Of a DNA stretch of 64,000 nucleotides, positions 36,657 through 46,575 are shown piece after piece. A program made the translations under genes and the position numbers. Source of the DNA: Candidatus Aerophobetes bacterium Ae_b3b (lineage in GTDB: Bacteria; Aerophobota; Aerophobia; Aerophobales; AE-B3A); NCBI GenBank assembly GCA_005223085.1, contig NJBP01000003.1:2406-66405 (forward strand). The letters are read 5' to 3'. The notes under the pieces are model-generated. The model saw only the letters and a list, made by a program, of their open reading frames with translations. It had not been told where the DNA came from and did not search any database. Within the stretch, counting starts at the first letter, position 1. Every line of letters starts with the position of its first letter.

Positions 36657-37574
36657 TTAGACCCCTTCTTCCACAGCCAGGACATCGCGCAATCCATCAC
36701 CCAACAGATTGAATCCCAAGATAATAAAGAAAATTGCCAAGCTAGGGAAGACCGTCATCCACCATCTCTCCGGTAGATACTTGGCACCAAAAGAAATCAT
36801 CGTTCCTAGATCTTCTGCGGGAGGCTGAGCACCTAAGCCTAAGAAGCTCAATCCTGCCCCGACCAGGATAACAAAGCCGGCATCCAGGGTAATCTTCACT
36901 ATGACCGGTGAGGCACAATTAGGAAGAATATCTTTGAAGATTATTCTTAAAGGGCTAGCTCCCAATACCTTGCTGGCTTGGACAAATTCCTCTGTTTTGA
37001 TGGAGCGGGTGATACCGTTCACCAGGCGACAGTGCCATGTCCACCAAATGGAGGCCACTGCCAGCATGGCTTTATCGATGCTGGGAGTGAAAGCGGCACA
37101 GATTGCCAAGGCCATCACCAGGGCAGGCAGAGATAAGAAAACGTCAGTCACCCTCATTATTACTGTTTCAGTCTTTCCACCCATATATCCTGAAATAAGA
37201 CCAAGGAAAACCCCGACTGGCACGCTGATGCCTAATACCACCGCAGTAAGCATAAGGGAAATCCGAGAACCAAAGATTATGCGAGTGAAAACATCACAGC
37301 CTAGTGCATCTGTTCCCAACCAATGTGATTTGCTTGGTGCTTGAAAGGCGTTTTGAAAATCAGTAAATGCTCCAGCATGTTTGGGGTAGGGGGTGACATA
37401 GGGAGCAAAAATAGCCAAGAGCACGCATAAGAGCACCATAACCCCACCGACAAGAGAGATCGGATTGCGTCTGAACTTATACCATCCTCTTCCCAAACGA
37501 TCCTTGATGATCATCCATCGCGTCTCATTCAATCCCGTGGTTACCTGATGGTGGGATGCTCGAGTAGACATCAC
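36657..37574 (-). CDS. Opp-type ABC permease (OppC-like)
   Basis: Multi-TM protein with an EAA loop (FVQASKVLGASPLRIIFKDILPN). Confidence 0.8.
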   Translation of the reverse strand: MMSTRASHHQVTTGLNETRWMIIKDRLGRGWYKFRRNPISLVGGVMVLLCVLLAIFAPYVTPYPKHAGAFTDFQNAFQAPSKSHWLGTDALGCDVFTRIIFGSRISLMLTAVVLGISVPVGVFLGLISGYMGGKTETVIMRVTDVFLSLPALVMALAICAAFTPSIDKAMLAVASIWWTWHCRLVNGITRSIKTEEFVQASKVLGASPLRIIFKDILPNCASPVIVKITLDAGFVILVGAGLSFLGLGAQPPAEDLGTMISFGAKYLPERWWMTVFPSLAIFFIILGFNLLGDGLRDVLAVEEGV

Positions 37575-37588
37575 AACCTCCTTTTGGT

Positions 37589-38617
37589 TTACTCTCCCTC
37601 CTCATGTTTAATGCGGACTCGAGGGTCCACATACCCAGCCAGGATATCAACGATTAGATTTACAATGACAAAAGCGAGACCAATGATAAGAACAACCCCC
37701 ATAACGGCGTTGAAATCCTTTCTCAGGATGGCACGGATGCCATATTTGGCTAGTCCAGGCCATGCGAAAACCGTTTCTACAAGAAAAGCGTTGCTCAGTT
37801 CTGAGGCAAAGGTCAGCCCTAAGATGGTAAGAGGAGCAATGGAAGCAGGCTTCAACATATACTTGAAAGCTATAACTCGATTAGGTATTCCAAATCCGCG
37901 AGATGCCTCTATGTAATCTTGGTTAGCAACGTCGCTCATGCTTGCCCTTGTCAGTCGGGCAATTTGTCCTATGCCTGTCATGGCAATGGCAAAAGAAGGG
38001 AGAATGATGTGTTTTAACGCATCCCCCAACGCACTAAAGTCTCCCTCTATCAAACTATCAAGCAACAGGAGTCCTGTTCGAAGAGGAGGAGCAGGCGTCA
38101 TCAAACTTAGTCGTCCTGTGGTAGGCAGAATGCCTAGAAGGTAAGAAAAGGTAAGCTGGAGAAAGAGTCCCACGACAAATGGGGGAACGGCAACACCGAT
38201 GAATGCCATAACCCGCACCAAATTGTCCACCCAACTATCCTTGTAGCGCGCTGCCAGTACTCCCAGGGGTACTCCCAGCACCAATACCCAGACTATAGCC
38301 ACGAGAACTAGCTCGACCGTGGCCGGCAGATAATGAGCAATGTCCAGCGCTACGTTCCTGCGGGTTTGAAATGAGAGGCCAAAATCGCCGTGAAATATCC
38401 CGGTAATGTACGTCCAGTATTGGAGGGGCAGGGGTTTGTCCATCCCCATTACGTGTCGGAGATGTTCAACCTGCTCCTGTAAAGCAAAAGGCCCTAGGGC
38501 TAGCCGCGCTGGATCACCTGGGAGCATGCGGGCGATAATGAATATCAGTATAGAAAGTCCGAACAAAACCAAAATCGAGTAGAGCCACCGGCGTAATACA
38601 AAGTAAGAAAACCGCAT
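37589..38617 (-). CDS. Opp-type ABC permease (OppB-like)
   Basis: LPGDPA N-terminal motif and an EAA loop (YIEASRGFGIPNRVIAFKYMLKPA). Confidence 0.8.
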   Translation of the reverse strand: MRFSYFVLRRWLYSILVLFGLSILIFIIARMLPGDPARLALGPFALQEQVEHLRHVMGMDKPLPLQYWTYITGIFHGDFGLSFQTRRNVALDIAHYLPATVELVLVAIVWVLVLGVPLGVLAARYKDSWVDNLVRVMAFIGVAVPPFVVGLFLQLTFSYLLGILPTTGRLSLMTPAPPLRTGLLLLDSLIEGDFSALGDALKHIILPSFAIAMTGIGQIARLTRASMSDVANQDYIEASRGFGIPNRVIAFKYMLKPASIAPLTILGLTFASELSNAFLVETVFAWPGLAKYGIRAILRKDFNAVMGVVLIIGLAFVIVNLIVDILAGYVDPRVRIKHEEGE

Positions 38618-38624
38618 GCTGTTC

Positions 38625-38655
38625 CTTTCTAGGAAAAGGGAGGGAAGTTTGACTC
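38625..38655 (-). terminator. Perfect 10-bp hairpin (AAAGGGAGGG/CCCTCCCTTT) followed by T-rich sequence, between the SBP and permease genes; candidate attenuator
   Basis: Read directly. On the - strand the 3' arm runs into CCCTCCCTTTTCC. Confidence 0.5.
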
Positions 38656-38682
38656 CCCTCCCTTTGAGCCTCTGTGCCTAGG

Positions 38683-40296
38683 TTATTTCTCGAACCACCA
38701 ATCGTAGAAGTAGTAATAGAAGCTCATAACCGGCCTGTAGGTGAAGCCCCTTAAGTAGTCTTGTATAGCCACCCGCAAAGGCATGACGTAGACAAAGATA
38801 TCGGGGCAACGTTCCACTATAACAGCTTGGGCAACGTTCATAATATGGGCTCGTTCTTCAGGGTCGAGCGTGGTCCGCTCCTGGTCGATCAGTTGGTCCA
38901 CCACTGGATCTTGCAGCCACTCCGTGGACATCCAGGTGCCGCTTCCCCGTGAGTGATACATGCAGTTGAGATAGGTATCGGCATCAGGGTAGTTCGAGGA
39001 CACCGAGGTCACCATGATGTTCGGTGTTGTCTCTACTGTAGTCGCCAGGTCGGTCATTCGTCCCCACGGTTCAACATGGATGTCAAGTTTCACTCCCAGC
39101 GGTTCAAGTTTTTCTTTGAATCGAACCGCCATCTTGCGCCGGTTCTCAAGCCCGGTGGGCAACACCAGGGTAATGGTTGGAACATCAGGATAGTACTTGC
39201 TTTGTTCGAGCTCCTGGCGGGCCTTGTCCAGGTCCATATGGTATTGGAAAACCCTGGGGTTATGGCCAGGAATACTAGCGGGAATTGGCCCTCTTGCGGG
39301 ACCTGACCCAGGTTCCAGTGTTTGGATCACCGTCTCGTAATCAAACGCCCAGGCCAACATTCTCCGGATATGAATGTCATCAGTGGGAGGCCTTTTGGTG
39401 TTAATCTTAAAACTCATCTCTTCAGGAGACAAGAAGGTGAGCACCTCAACGCCAGGGATTTTGGCCATGTCTTGATAATCGGGATAGGTGCGCCAATGTT
39501 CTACCATGGTTAGCTCGCCTCTTCGCAGCATCGTCTTCACCGTTGCTGTTTCTTGCAAGAAGATACTGTGTGCCTCGTCGATGTGCTTGTCTCCATGAGG
39601 CCATCCTCCCCAGTAGTCAAGGAAGCGCTCGAAAACGATCTCGCGCCCCCGATCCCAAGCCATGAGAGTATAAGGTCCGGAACCGGCGTCCTCATTGGTA
39701 GTTACAGCTAGCCAGTTGGTGCCGTAATCGCCGAACTCCCCGAAATCTCCGGGCTGCTTATGAGCCAGGATCACATCTTTGTTCACAATGAACAGCCAGG
39801 GGAGAGTAGAAAGGAATGGAGCGTATACTTTGCTCAGGTGGAAAGTAACCTTGAATGGGCCATCAACCGTGACTTCCTTAACGATGCCCGACCACAGCCA
39901 CGAATAACCATCCTTTAAGGCTAGTATTCGCTCCATCGAGAATTTGACGTCCTCAGCGGTTAGCTCGGTGGCATCGTGAAATTTCGCGCCCTGCCTTAGC
40001 TCAAAGGTATACGAGAGCCCATCAGCACTGATTGTCCAGCTCTTGGCCAACTTGGGTTCGATCTTACCTGTTGGGGATGGGAACACCAAGGGATCGTACA
40101 CATTCAGCATACCGTAGGACTCGGTGTAGTCCGTTCCACGAGCAGGATCGATTGTTCCAAATTCCTGAGTGTTGCTCATGGTGAAAATGTTCTTGGCGAC
40201 TCCCACTCCAATGTCGGTGCCCACGATTGTAATCGCAACCCCTAAGACCACTACGCCAAAAACAGCCAATTTACCAAATTGTCGGATAGACATCAT
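38683..40296 (-). CDS. ABC substrate-binding protein, family 5 (OppA-like)
   Basis: N-terminal anchor and 537 aa, with family-5 features (IDPARGTDY.., GPYTLMAWDRGRE). Confidence 0.8.
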   Translation of the reverse strand: MMSIRQFGKLAVFGVVVLGVAITIVGTDIGVGVAKNIFTMSNTQEFGTIDPARGTDYTESYGMLNVYDPLVFPSPTGKIEPKLAKSWTISADGLSYTFELRQGAKFHDATELTAEDVKFSMERILALKDGYSWLWSGIVKEVTVDGPFKVTFHLSKVYAPFLSTLPWLFIVNKDVILAHKQPGDFGEFGDYGTNWLAVTTNEDAGSGPYTLMAWDRGREIVFERFLDYWGGWPHGDKHIDEAHSIFLQETATVKTMLRRGELTMVEHWRTYPDYQDMAKIPGVEVLTFLSPEEMSFKINTKRPPTDDIHIRRMLAWAFDYETVIQTLEPGSGPARGPIPASIPGHNPRVFQYHMDLDKARQELEQSKYYPDVPTITLVLPTGLENRRKMAVRFKEKLEPLGVKLDIHVEPWGRMTDLATTVETTPNIMVTSVSSNYPDADTYLNCMYHSRGSGTWMSTEWLQDPVVDQLIDQERTTLDPEERAHIMNVAQAVIVERCPDIFVYVMPLRVAIQDYLRGFTYRPVMSFYYYFYDWWFEK

Positions 40297-40426
40297 AAAC
40301 CTCCTTTCGGTCTAATGCTCCTTACAGGATCGCACGTGCATATTTGCTCCGTACGGTCTTCAGTAATGTCCACCACCTCCTTTCTTTGATGGCATAGAGA
40401 CCCTTCTTTCATAAAAATATTCGCTG

Positions 40427-41641
40427 TTATTTCGTCCTTTCAGAATGCCATGTAGACATATGGGCCTTATCCATCTGGTCAAGATATTCAGGGAAAAATT
40501 TCTCATAGAAGCCGGTATCCAGATGATGAATTTGAGCAAGAATAGGTATAAACATGGCGTCGTGGTATTTTGGTATTCTGCCATACGTTTCATACACATA
40601 GCTACAGTATGACTTGGTGATTTCTACGATTGATTCGTATATCTTTGGCTTGGGAAGGTCATACCCTTTTTTGCCATATATGCCCTCAGAGCCCCACTTT
40701 TTAGCAGCTATTTCCTCCACCGCTTCCTCCACTGTTCTGTATGGCGGACAATATCCCTCCAATATGCCATCTATTCCTACTGGATTAACGGTTGCTTGAG
40801 GGAATGGTTCCCTTTCGAGCTGCTCGAAATGCATGTTCAATGACCTCATTACTGTTGGAAGGTCGATAGTATGCATCATGAAGGAACCAAGCCCCATGGC
40901 CGTAGCGGCAAGGGATAAGTTTTGCATGGCCATGCCAGCTTCGAGATTGCACAACCATGGCAGCATGGATTCATACTGGGTTATGGTCATCCGGTTACCA
41001 TTTAAGAATCCATCATCTATCCATTTACCAACTCCTGCAGGCTGATTCTTGACTTCATCCCACAATTGCCATCTAAATTGGGCTAAGCCAGTGAACAACA
41101 AATTGATATACTCTCTTGTGGTATCAGCAATCGGTATGAACAGAGTAGTTCCGGGTAAGTTTACCATGCTCTCAAATGCTGAGCCGATCACGTCACGGGG
41201 AATGTCTATTCTTCCGTCTTTTAGCTTGGTGGTGTTCTTTTTATAATCCTCAAGTATTTCCTTTCTATCTTCTAGAGTTTTTGTCCTAACTCGCTTTTTT
41301 GGAATGATCTCATCTGTGGAATCTGTTTTGTAGTAAAATACCCCCTCATCATTGCTAAAGAACAGATGTAAAGTAAGGGAAGCACAAGGACTGGCTGCAG
41401 TTCTCCCTATCACTGTCAAATGTCCAAGGAGATGCCTAATCTCCTCTACGGTCACTCCTGTTATCCCTGAGGTAGCGAAACATAAAATCGCTGTTTCTAG
41501 CTCACTGAGCGGGATTGGCTGCTCTTTAGAGTTGTAGTTGAGGCCAGCACGTCGTGAGAGCAATTTCCCCCCTTGAGGAAACCTCCTGGTTCTCCTTCTA
41601 TACATGGTTTCAAAAAGAGGCACATCAAAATCCATAGACAT
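40427..41641 (-). CDS. Nitroreductase-superfamily protein with large insertions (404 aa), function unknown
   Basis: N-terminal YRRRTRRF corresponds to the RRSxRxF motif. RTAASPCASLTLHLFF matches the PSaxNxQP-like strand. EAGMAMQNLSLAATAMGLGS is the typical nitroreductase helix. The protein is about twice the size of classical members. Confidence 0.55.
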   Translation of the reverse strand: MSMDFDVPLFETMYRRRTRRFPQGGKLLSRRAGLNYNSKEQPIPLSELETAILCFATSGITGVTVEEIRHLLGHLTVIGRTAASPCASLTLHLFFSNDEGVFYYKTDSTDEIIPKKRVRTKTLEDRKEILEDYKKNTTKLKDGRIDIPRDVIGSAFESMVNLPGTTLFIPIADTTREYINLLFTGLAQFRWQLWDEVKNQPAGVGKWIDDGFLNGNRMTITQYESMLPWLCNLEAGMAMQNLSLAATAMGLGSFMMHTIDLPTVMRSLNMHFEQLEREPFPQATVNPVGIDGILEGYCPPYRTVEEAVEEIAAKKWGSEGIYGKKGYDLPKPKIYESIVEITKSYCSYVYETYGRIPKYHDAMFIPILAQIHHLDTGFYEKFFPEYLDQMDKAHMSTWHSERTK

Positions 41642-41709
41642 CGATCTTTCACCTCACTTTAAGAGAGAAGTTTGATACCCTTACTTTTTGCTATAAAAGC
41701 TGTTAATAA

Positions 41710-42795
41710 TTAACTTCTCTCACATAAGTCCTCGAAGATTTGCTGAATAATCTCCACACCTTTTATCATATCTGCTACTGCTATTTTCTCATCTTTTGTG
41801 TGTTCTGATTGAACTCCCATCCCTATCACCGCTGTCTCGATACCCTTTTCGTTATAATGAGTAGCATCTGTTCCACCACATATAACCTTGACCCTTGGAT
41901 GCAGCCCTACGCTGCTGATAGCTTTTTTCGCAATTGTAACAGCTTCTGAATCTTGTGAAATGCGGTAACACCTTATCAGGAGTTCCATTGTGACATCTGC
42001 CCTTGCTCCGATAGAATCTGCTGCAGTGAGAAATATCTGCTTTATCAGGTTACTGTGCCCAAGGCACTTTTCATGGTTTTGGCTACGGCATTCAACTTTG
42101 ACTACTGTTTTTTCTGGTACGGCATTGAGAATCTCACCTCCCCTGATGACCCCCACGTTTACCGTTGTCTCATCATCGATCCAACCTTCTTTTAACATTG
42201 ATATGGCATGTGATGCGGCTTTAATAGAAGATATCCCCTTTTCTGGTTCCATCCCTGCATGAGCAGCCCTACCTGTTATATCTACTTTGATACTCATGTA
42301 GGAGGGCCCCCCTACAATAATATCCTCTAGATTATCCGTATCGATTACAAACCCCATTCTTGATTTGAGGAGAGATGCATCAGTATTCTTGGACCCTTTG
42401 AGACCTGTCTCCTCTTTCCTTGAAACCACAATCTCTATCGGGGGATAACAATTGGCTGTTCTGATCGCCTCAAAGAGTTCTGTTATACCCGCCTTGTCAT
42501 CTGCACCCAAAATTGTTTCTCCCTGGGAATGTATTATTCCATCTTTGAGAATTGGTTCAATTTCCTTACCGGGTTTAACCGTGTCTGCATGAACCCCAAA
42601 GAAGATTGGTTCAATCGAGCCTGAGTTTTTGGCCCTCACCTTTGCTATTAGGTTCCCAAATTTATCTAGAACACATTCAGCTTGCAGCTCTTTGGTAAAT
42701 AAATCCTTGAGGTAATGTATGAATTCCTTCTCATTGCCAGATTCACTGCTAATTCGAACCATTCTAAAGAAGGTATTTACTAATTCTCGCTTCAT
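41710..42795 (-). CDS. M20-family metallopeptidase (PepT / tripeptidase-like)
   Basis: HADTV, GADDKAG and SRKEETGLKGS (Glu-Glu catalytic region). The start at ATG 42795 follows an AAGGA RBS; the ORF-track TTG at 42828 is less likely. Confidence 0.75.
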   Translation of the reverse strand: MKRELVNTFFRMVRISSESGNEKEFIHYLKDLFTKELQAECVLDKFGNLIAKVRAKNSGSIEPIFFGVHADTVKPGKEIEPILKDGIIHSQGETILGADDKAGITELFEAIRTANCYPPIEIVVSRKEETGLKGSKNTDASLLKSRMGFVIDTDNLEDIIVGGPSYMSIKVDITGRAAHAGMEPEKGISSIKAASHAISMLKEGWIDDETTVNVGVIRGGEILNAVPEKTVVKVECRSQNHEKCLGHSNLIKQIFLTAADSIGARADVTMELLIRCYRISQDSEAVTIAKKAISSVGLHPRVKVICGGTDATHYNEKGIETAVIGMGVQSEHTKDEKIAVADMIKGVEIIQQIFEDLCERS

Positions 42796-42869
42796 CGGTT
42801 TTTCCTTAGATTTAGTTTTACACTTCAAAAAACAGCAGTTATCTTAAGTGAGCACCAGTGCAGAATACA

Positions 42870-43916
42870 TTAATGACCGCAGGCTTTTGCTAACTCTACT
42901 AAATCCGGATGTACAACTTCACCTTCTTCAGTTAGGGGCTCCTCATCACATGATACCGAACACGCCAAACATATGCCGTCTATGTGGGAAGCTGCCACCC
43001 TAGGTTTACCACCCGAATACATTGGGCCCTGATACCCAAAACCCCATTCCGTACTTCCCCATATCCTTTCATCCTCCGTAGCAGTGTACCCGAGCTTTGC
43101 ATTTGGATTAAAACCGTAACAAACATGTGCCACTAAGTACATAGTGGGATCGTTTAATTTTTCAAACCATTTTTTAACAATTTCCGCCTCCTTTCCACCT
43201 CGTATTTCTTTTATTCTTCCCTTTTTAACTTCGTATATAACTGGCTTTGAGACCACCCCTATATCTGCTTTACCACCACCTGAAATAGCACCATCAAAGA
43301 CTAGTGTTCCATTGATAGTTTCTTCTCTAGGCGCCCATCCAATCTGTCCTGTTAGAAAATGTCCCCCCGGTTTGTCAGCAATGTGCTCGTCAGCAAAAGG
43401 GCGATGGGGATCATTTTCAAATTCTATGTTTGTCCCCGCAGCATTAACAATCTTCATTTTTTTTGCACGCTTTGTTATCTCAACAACTTTTTCCTGAAAG
43501 GCTATTTGAGCTTCAATATCTACTTCTCCTATACAGCGAATCAACTGATCGGTTGATAAACCTCCAAGCATAAGATTTCGAGTACGGCCGTTTGTTACCG
43601 CCCGTTCCCAGGGTGTACTATATAGTAACCATTGGTTATTAAGTTCTATCCACGCATCTGCTTCAGGACATGCTGCTATAAGCGGAGCAGGCAAATATGG
43701 GTCAGTTGCCTTTCCATACCCCTTTGGTGTGGAATGCCAAGCCACCATCACCTTGGCACCAAGTGCCTCTCCCGCTTTGGCCATTTCCTCTGCCACCCTG
43801 AAGTCACTGATAGAGTCAATAGTAATGAGGAGATTTTCACCTTCTTTTACTCTAATGATTTCCTTAACTGTTTTATAGGCCGCTTTGAATAGTTCCAGAT
43901 CACTTATGGTTGGCAT
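42870..43916 (-). CDS. M29 (aminopeptidase T) / NicX-like superfamily protein, paralog 1
   Basis: 348 aa. The overall pattern resembles the thermophilic-metalloprotease / 2,5-dihydroxypyridine-dioxygenase fold (GQIGWAPRE, EDERIWGSTEWGFGYQGP, ASHIDGIC). Family assignment is from memory, not a search. Confidence 0.5.
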   Translation of the reverse strand: MPTISDLELFKAAYKTVKEIIRVKEGENLLITIDSISDFRVAEEMAKAGEALGAKVMVAWHSTPKGYGKATDPYLPAPLIAACPEADAWIELNNQWLLYSTPWERAVTNGRTRNLMLGGLSTDQLIRCIGEVDIEAQIAFQEKVVEITKRAKKMKIVNAAGTNIEFENDPHRPFADEHIADKPGGHFLTGQIGWAPREETINGTLVFDGAISGGGKADIGVVSKPVIYEVKKGRIKEIRGGKEAEIVKKWFEKLNDPTMYLVAHVCYGFNPNAKLGYTATEDERIWGSTEWGFGYQGPMYSGGKPRVAASHIDGICLACSVSCDEEPLTEEGEVVHPDLVELAKACGH

Positions 43917-44054
43917 GTTTCCTCCTAAAATCTGAAGTACTCACACCTATAGTATTGTTTTGAAACTGCGTCTGGCAGAAATTTGACATCGTTCCTGAGT
44001 CTCTGCATTTACCTTATTAATATATAGTTAAGGTCATCATCCTCAAAAGGTTAT

Positions 44055-44984
44055 TTAAGCACGTTTCGGATTCATTTTTCTTAATAATTTTTGTATATTC
44101 GGTGCTAATCCTTCGGGAAGAAGTACTATTACCAATATGAAAATTAATCCAAAAAATATACGAAGGTACCTTTCAACTGGTACCAAAAGTTCCGGTATAA
44201 GTATTACAAAAAGCGCACCTAAAACGGGGCCGTAGAAAACCTTACTTCCTCCTATAAGAGGAATGAAAAAGATATATAGAGTGGTAAAAACTTCTATATC
44301 CACCGATGAAATAAACCCGGTATAATTAACGTATAAAGCACCACCGAATCCGGATATGAATCCAGCAATACTATAGGCAAGTATCTTATACTTGCGAGTA
44401 TTGAGCCCCACCGTCTGGGTTAATCTGTCATTTTCGGATATTAAAGTTAAAATTCTTCCTGTTTTGGTTCCCATAATCCATAAAAAGAAAGCTACTATTG
44501 CTGCTGTTAAGAATATTACCAAGAGATATAGAGTTTTATATCCTACTAAAGCAGTGAGTCCACCAAAATATAAACCACTTCTGCCTCCTGTAATTGGCTG
44601 CAATGCTTCAATTAATTTAGGAAAGAGAATGGCAAGTAAGAAGGAGGCCATGCTTACATAAAAACCTCGGGCTCTACTGGTAGAAAGGAACATAAGTACT
44701 GCTATCACCGTGGCTAACACTGCACCTATGAATATGGATGCAAACAAAGGCCATTGAAACATTTCTGTTAGGACTATTGTTGCATAAGCCCCTATGGCCA
44801 TGGTGACGGAATAACCAAAAAATGGCTGGCCACTCTTAAAAAAGAGAAACCATGCCACATAACCCTGTATCAGGAATAAATACACGTATCCTGTTACTTC
44901 TTGTAGATAGCCTCCTTTGAAAACAAACAAGGAAGGTAACAAAAGCATTAAGATTGTTCCTATTTTCTCATAACGACCTTTCAC
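44055..44984 (-). CDS. Branched-chain amino acid-type ABC permease (LivM-like)
   Basis: Highly hydrophobic, 309 aa, in a Liv-type operon. Confidence 0.75.
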   Translation of the reverse strand: MKGRYEKIGTILMLLLPSLFVFKGGYLQEVTGYVYLFLIQGYVAWFLFFKSGQPFFGYSVTMAIGAYATIVLTEMFQWPLFASIFIGAVLATVIAVLMFLSTSRARGFYVSMASFLLAILFPKLIEALQPITGGRSGLYFGGLTALVGYKTLYLLVIFLTAAIVAFFLWIMGTKTGRILTLISENDRLTQTVGLNTRKYKILAYSIAGFISGFGGALYVNYTGFISSVDIEVFTTLYIFFIPLIGGSKVFYGPVLGALFVILIPELLVPVERYLRIFFGLIFILVIVLLPEGLAPNIQKLLRKMNPKRA

Positions 44985-45825
44985 TGCCTAAAATCCCCTT
45001 TGGAGCAACTATTAGAACAAGAATAACAATGAAATACAAAATAACACTCTGCCACATACCACCGAGCAGGTATCCACTAAAACTCATTACCATACCCATT
45101 ATTAAGGCACTGATTATTCCACCCCATATATTTCCAATCCCTCCTACCACAGCAATAATGAATCCAAGAAAACCTAAGTCCCAGCCAGTCATCAGGTTCA
45201 GGTTATACAATGATCCCCAAAAAATTGCTCCCACACAAGCCAAAGCACAGCCAATACCCGAGGCAATACTGAACACCCGGTTAGTCTTGATTCCAATTAG
45301 TTTTGCCAATTTTAGATTTTGAGATGTTGCCTGCCAGGATTTTCCAATCTCTGTATGCTCTTCTAATAGACGTATAATTACTAAAGTCCCCAGTGCAAAG
45401 AGAAGAGCAAAAATCTTGAAGCCTTCTACTGTAACTCCTGCAATATTTATTGTTCCTATACGGGGGAGTGCCAGGGATATGCTGGGTCGAGGGAAAATTG
45501 CTCTCATCAAACCCTCAAAAACAAAACCAAGAGAAACCGTTATTATAAAAAATAAGGTAGAGTCTCCTCCCCTTTCGCTGATGGGTGTGAGCAATATCCG
45601 CTGTATAATATATCCAATAGCGAAACAAAATACTACTCCAACTAAGATGGCTATCCCCATATTAAAAGAGAGGAAATACCACGTTAAAAAACCTCCAAAA
45701 ACACCGATGACCCCTATAGCAAAATTTGGGATACCAGTTATACCATAAATAACTGCTACACCCAGTACAGGAAGAGACAAAATCCCACCCATGATTAACC
45801 CGGTGATGATACCGTTTAAGATCAT
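44968..45825 (-). CDS. Branched-chain amino acid-type ABC permease (LivH-like)
   Basis: Hydrophobic, 285 aa, starting MILNGIITGLIMGGILSL. This is typical of the LivH N-terminus. Confidence 0.75.
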   Translation of the reverse strand: MILNGIITGLIMGGILSLPVLGVAVIYGITGIPNFAIGVIGVFGGFLTWYFLSFNMGIAILVGVVFCFAIGYIIQRILLTPISERGGDSTLFFIITVSLGFVFEGLMRAIFPRPSISLALPRIGTINIAGVTVEGFKIFALLFALGTLVIIRLLEEHTEIGKSWQATSQNLKLAKLIGIKTNRVFSIASGIGCALACVGAIFWGSLYNLNLMTGWDLGFLGFIIAVVGGIGNIWGGIISALIMGMVMSFSGYLLGGMWQSVILYFIVILVLIVAPKGILGSERSL

Positions 45826-45843
45826 ACTATTTCCTCATAAAAA

Positions 45844-46560
45844 TTAACTAATGGATCCTAGGTAGAGATCTTTTACCACGTCTCTACTGAGATTTTCTGT
45901 TTTTTCGTCAAATCTAATTTCCCCGGCTTCCAGTCCAAAAAGCCTATCCGCAATATTAAGAACCTTTATGTTCTGTTCAGAAAGCACGATTGTCTTACCG
46001 GTATCTTCCTTGATCTTTTTCAGAGTTTCAAACAATTTGGTCACCAATTTAGGTGCTAAGCCTATTGAAGGCTCATCAATCAGCATAATCTTTGCATTTG
46101 AAGCTATGCCAATACCAACAGCCAGCATCTTCTGTTGCCCACCGCTTAGAGTATTGGCTATTTGCCTTCTTTTCTCCCACAAGACAGGGAAGAGTTTATA
46201 GACGCGGTCAATGAGTTCTTCTTTCTTAGCCCGGTTACTGAGAATTACACTCACCTCAAGATTCTTCTTAACAGACATCAGGGGAAAAATATTTCCCTCT
46301 TGAGGTACGAGCATTAATCCAAGTTGACGGCGTTTAAGTACAGGCCATCTCTCAATTTGATGACCTAAAAAATTAATCTGTCCTTCCTTTATATGCATCG
46401 ATCCTGCTATAGATTCAAGCAGAGTGGTTTTACCAGCGCCATTTGGCCCAACTATACCGACAATTTCGTTATCATTAACATAGAAACCTATACCTTTTAA
46501 AGCACTTATCATCCCATAGCAGGCAGTCAAGCCAGAAACTTCTAAAATTGGCTCGCTCAA
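45844..46560 (-). CDS. Liv-type ABC ATPase (LivF-like)
   Basis: GPNGAGKTT, LSGGQQKMLA and LIDEPSIGLAP. Confidence 0.85.
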   Translation of the reverse strand: MSEPILEVSGLTACYGMISALKGIGFYVNDNEIVGIVGPNGAGKTTLLESIAGSMHIKEGQINFLGHQIERWPVLKRRQLGLMLVPQEGNIFPLMSVKKNLEVSVILSNRAKKEELIDRVYKLFPVLWEKRRQIANTLSGGQQKMLAVGIGIASNAKIMLIDEPSIGLAPKLVTKLFETLKKIKEDTGKTIVLSEQNIKVLNIADRLFGLEAGEIRFDEKTENLSRDVVKDLYLGSIS

Positions 46561-46575
46561 TTGTTTTCTCCCTTC

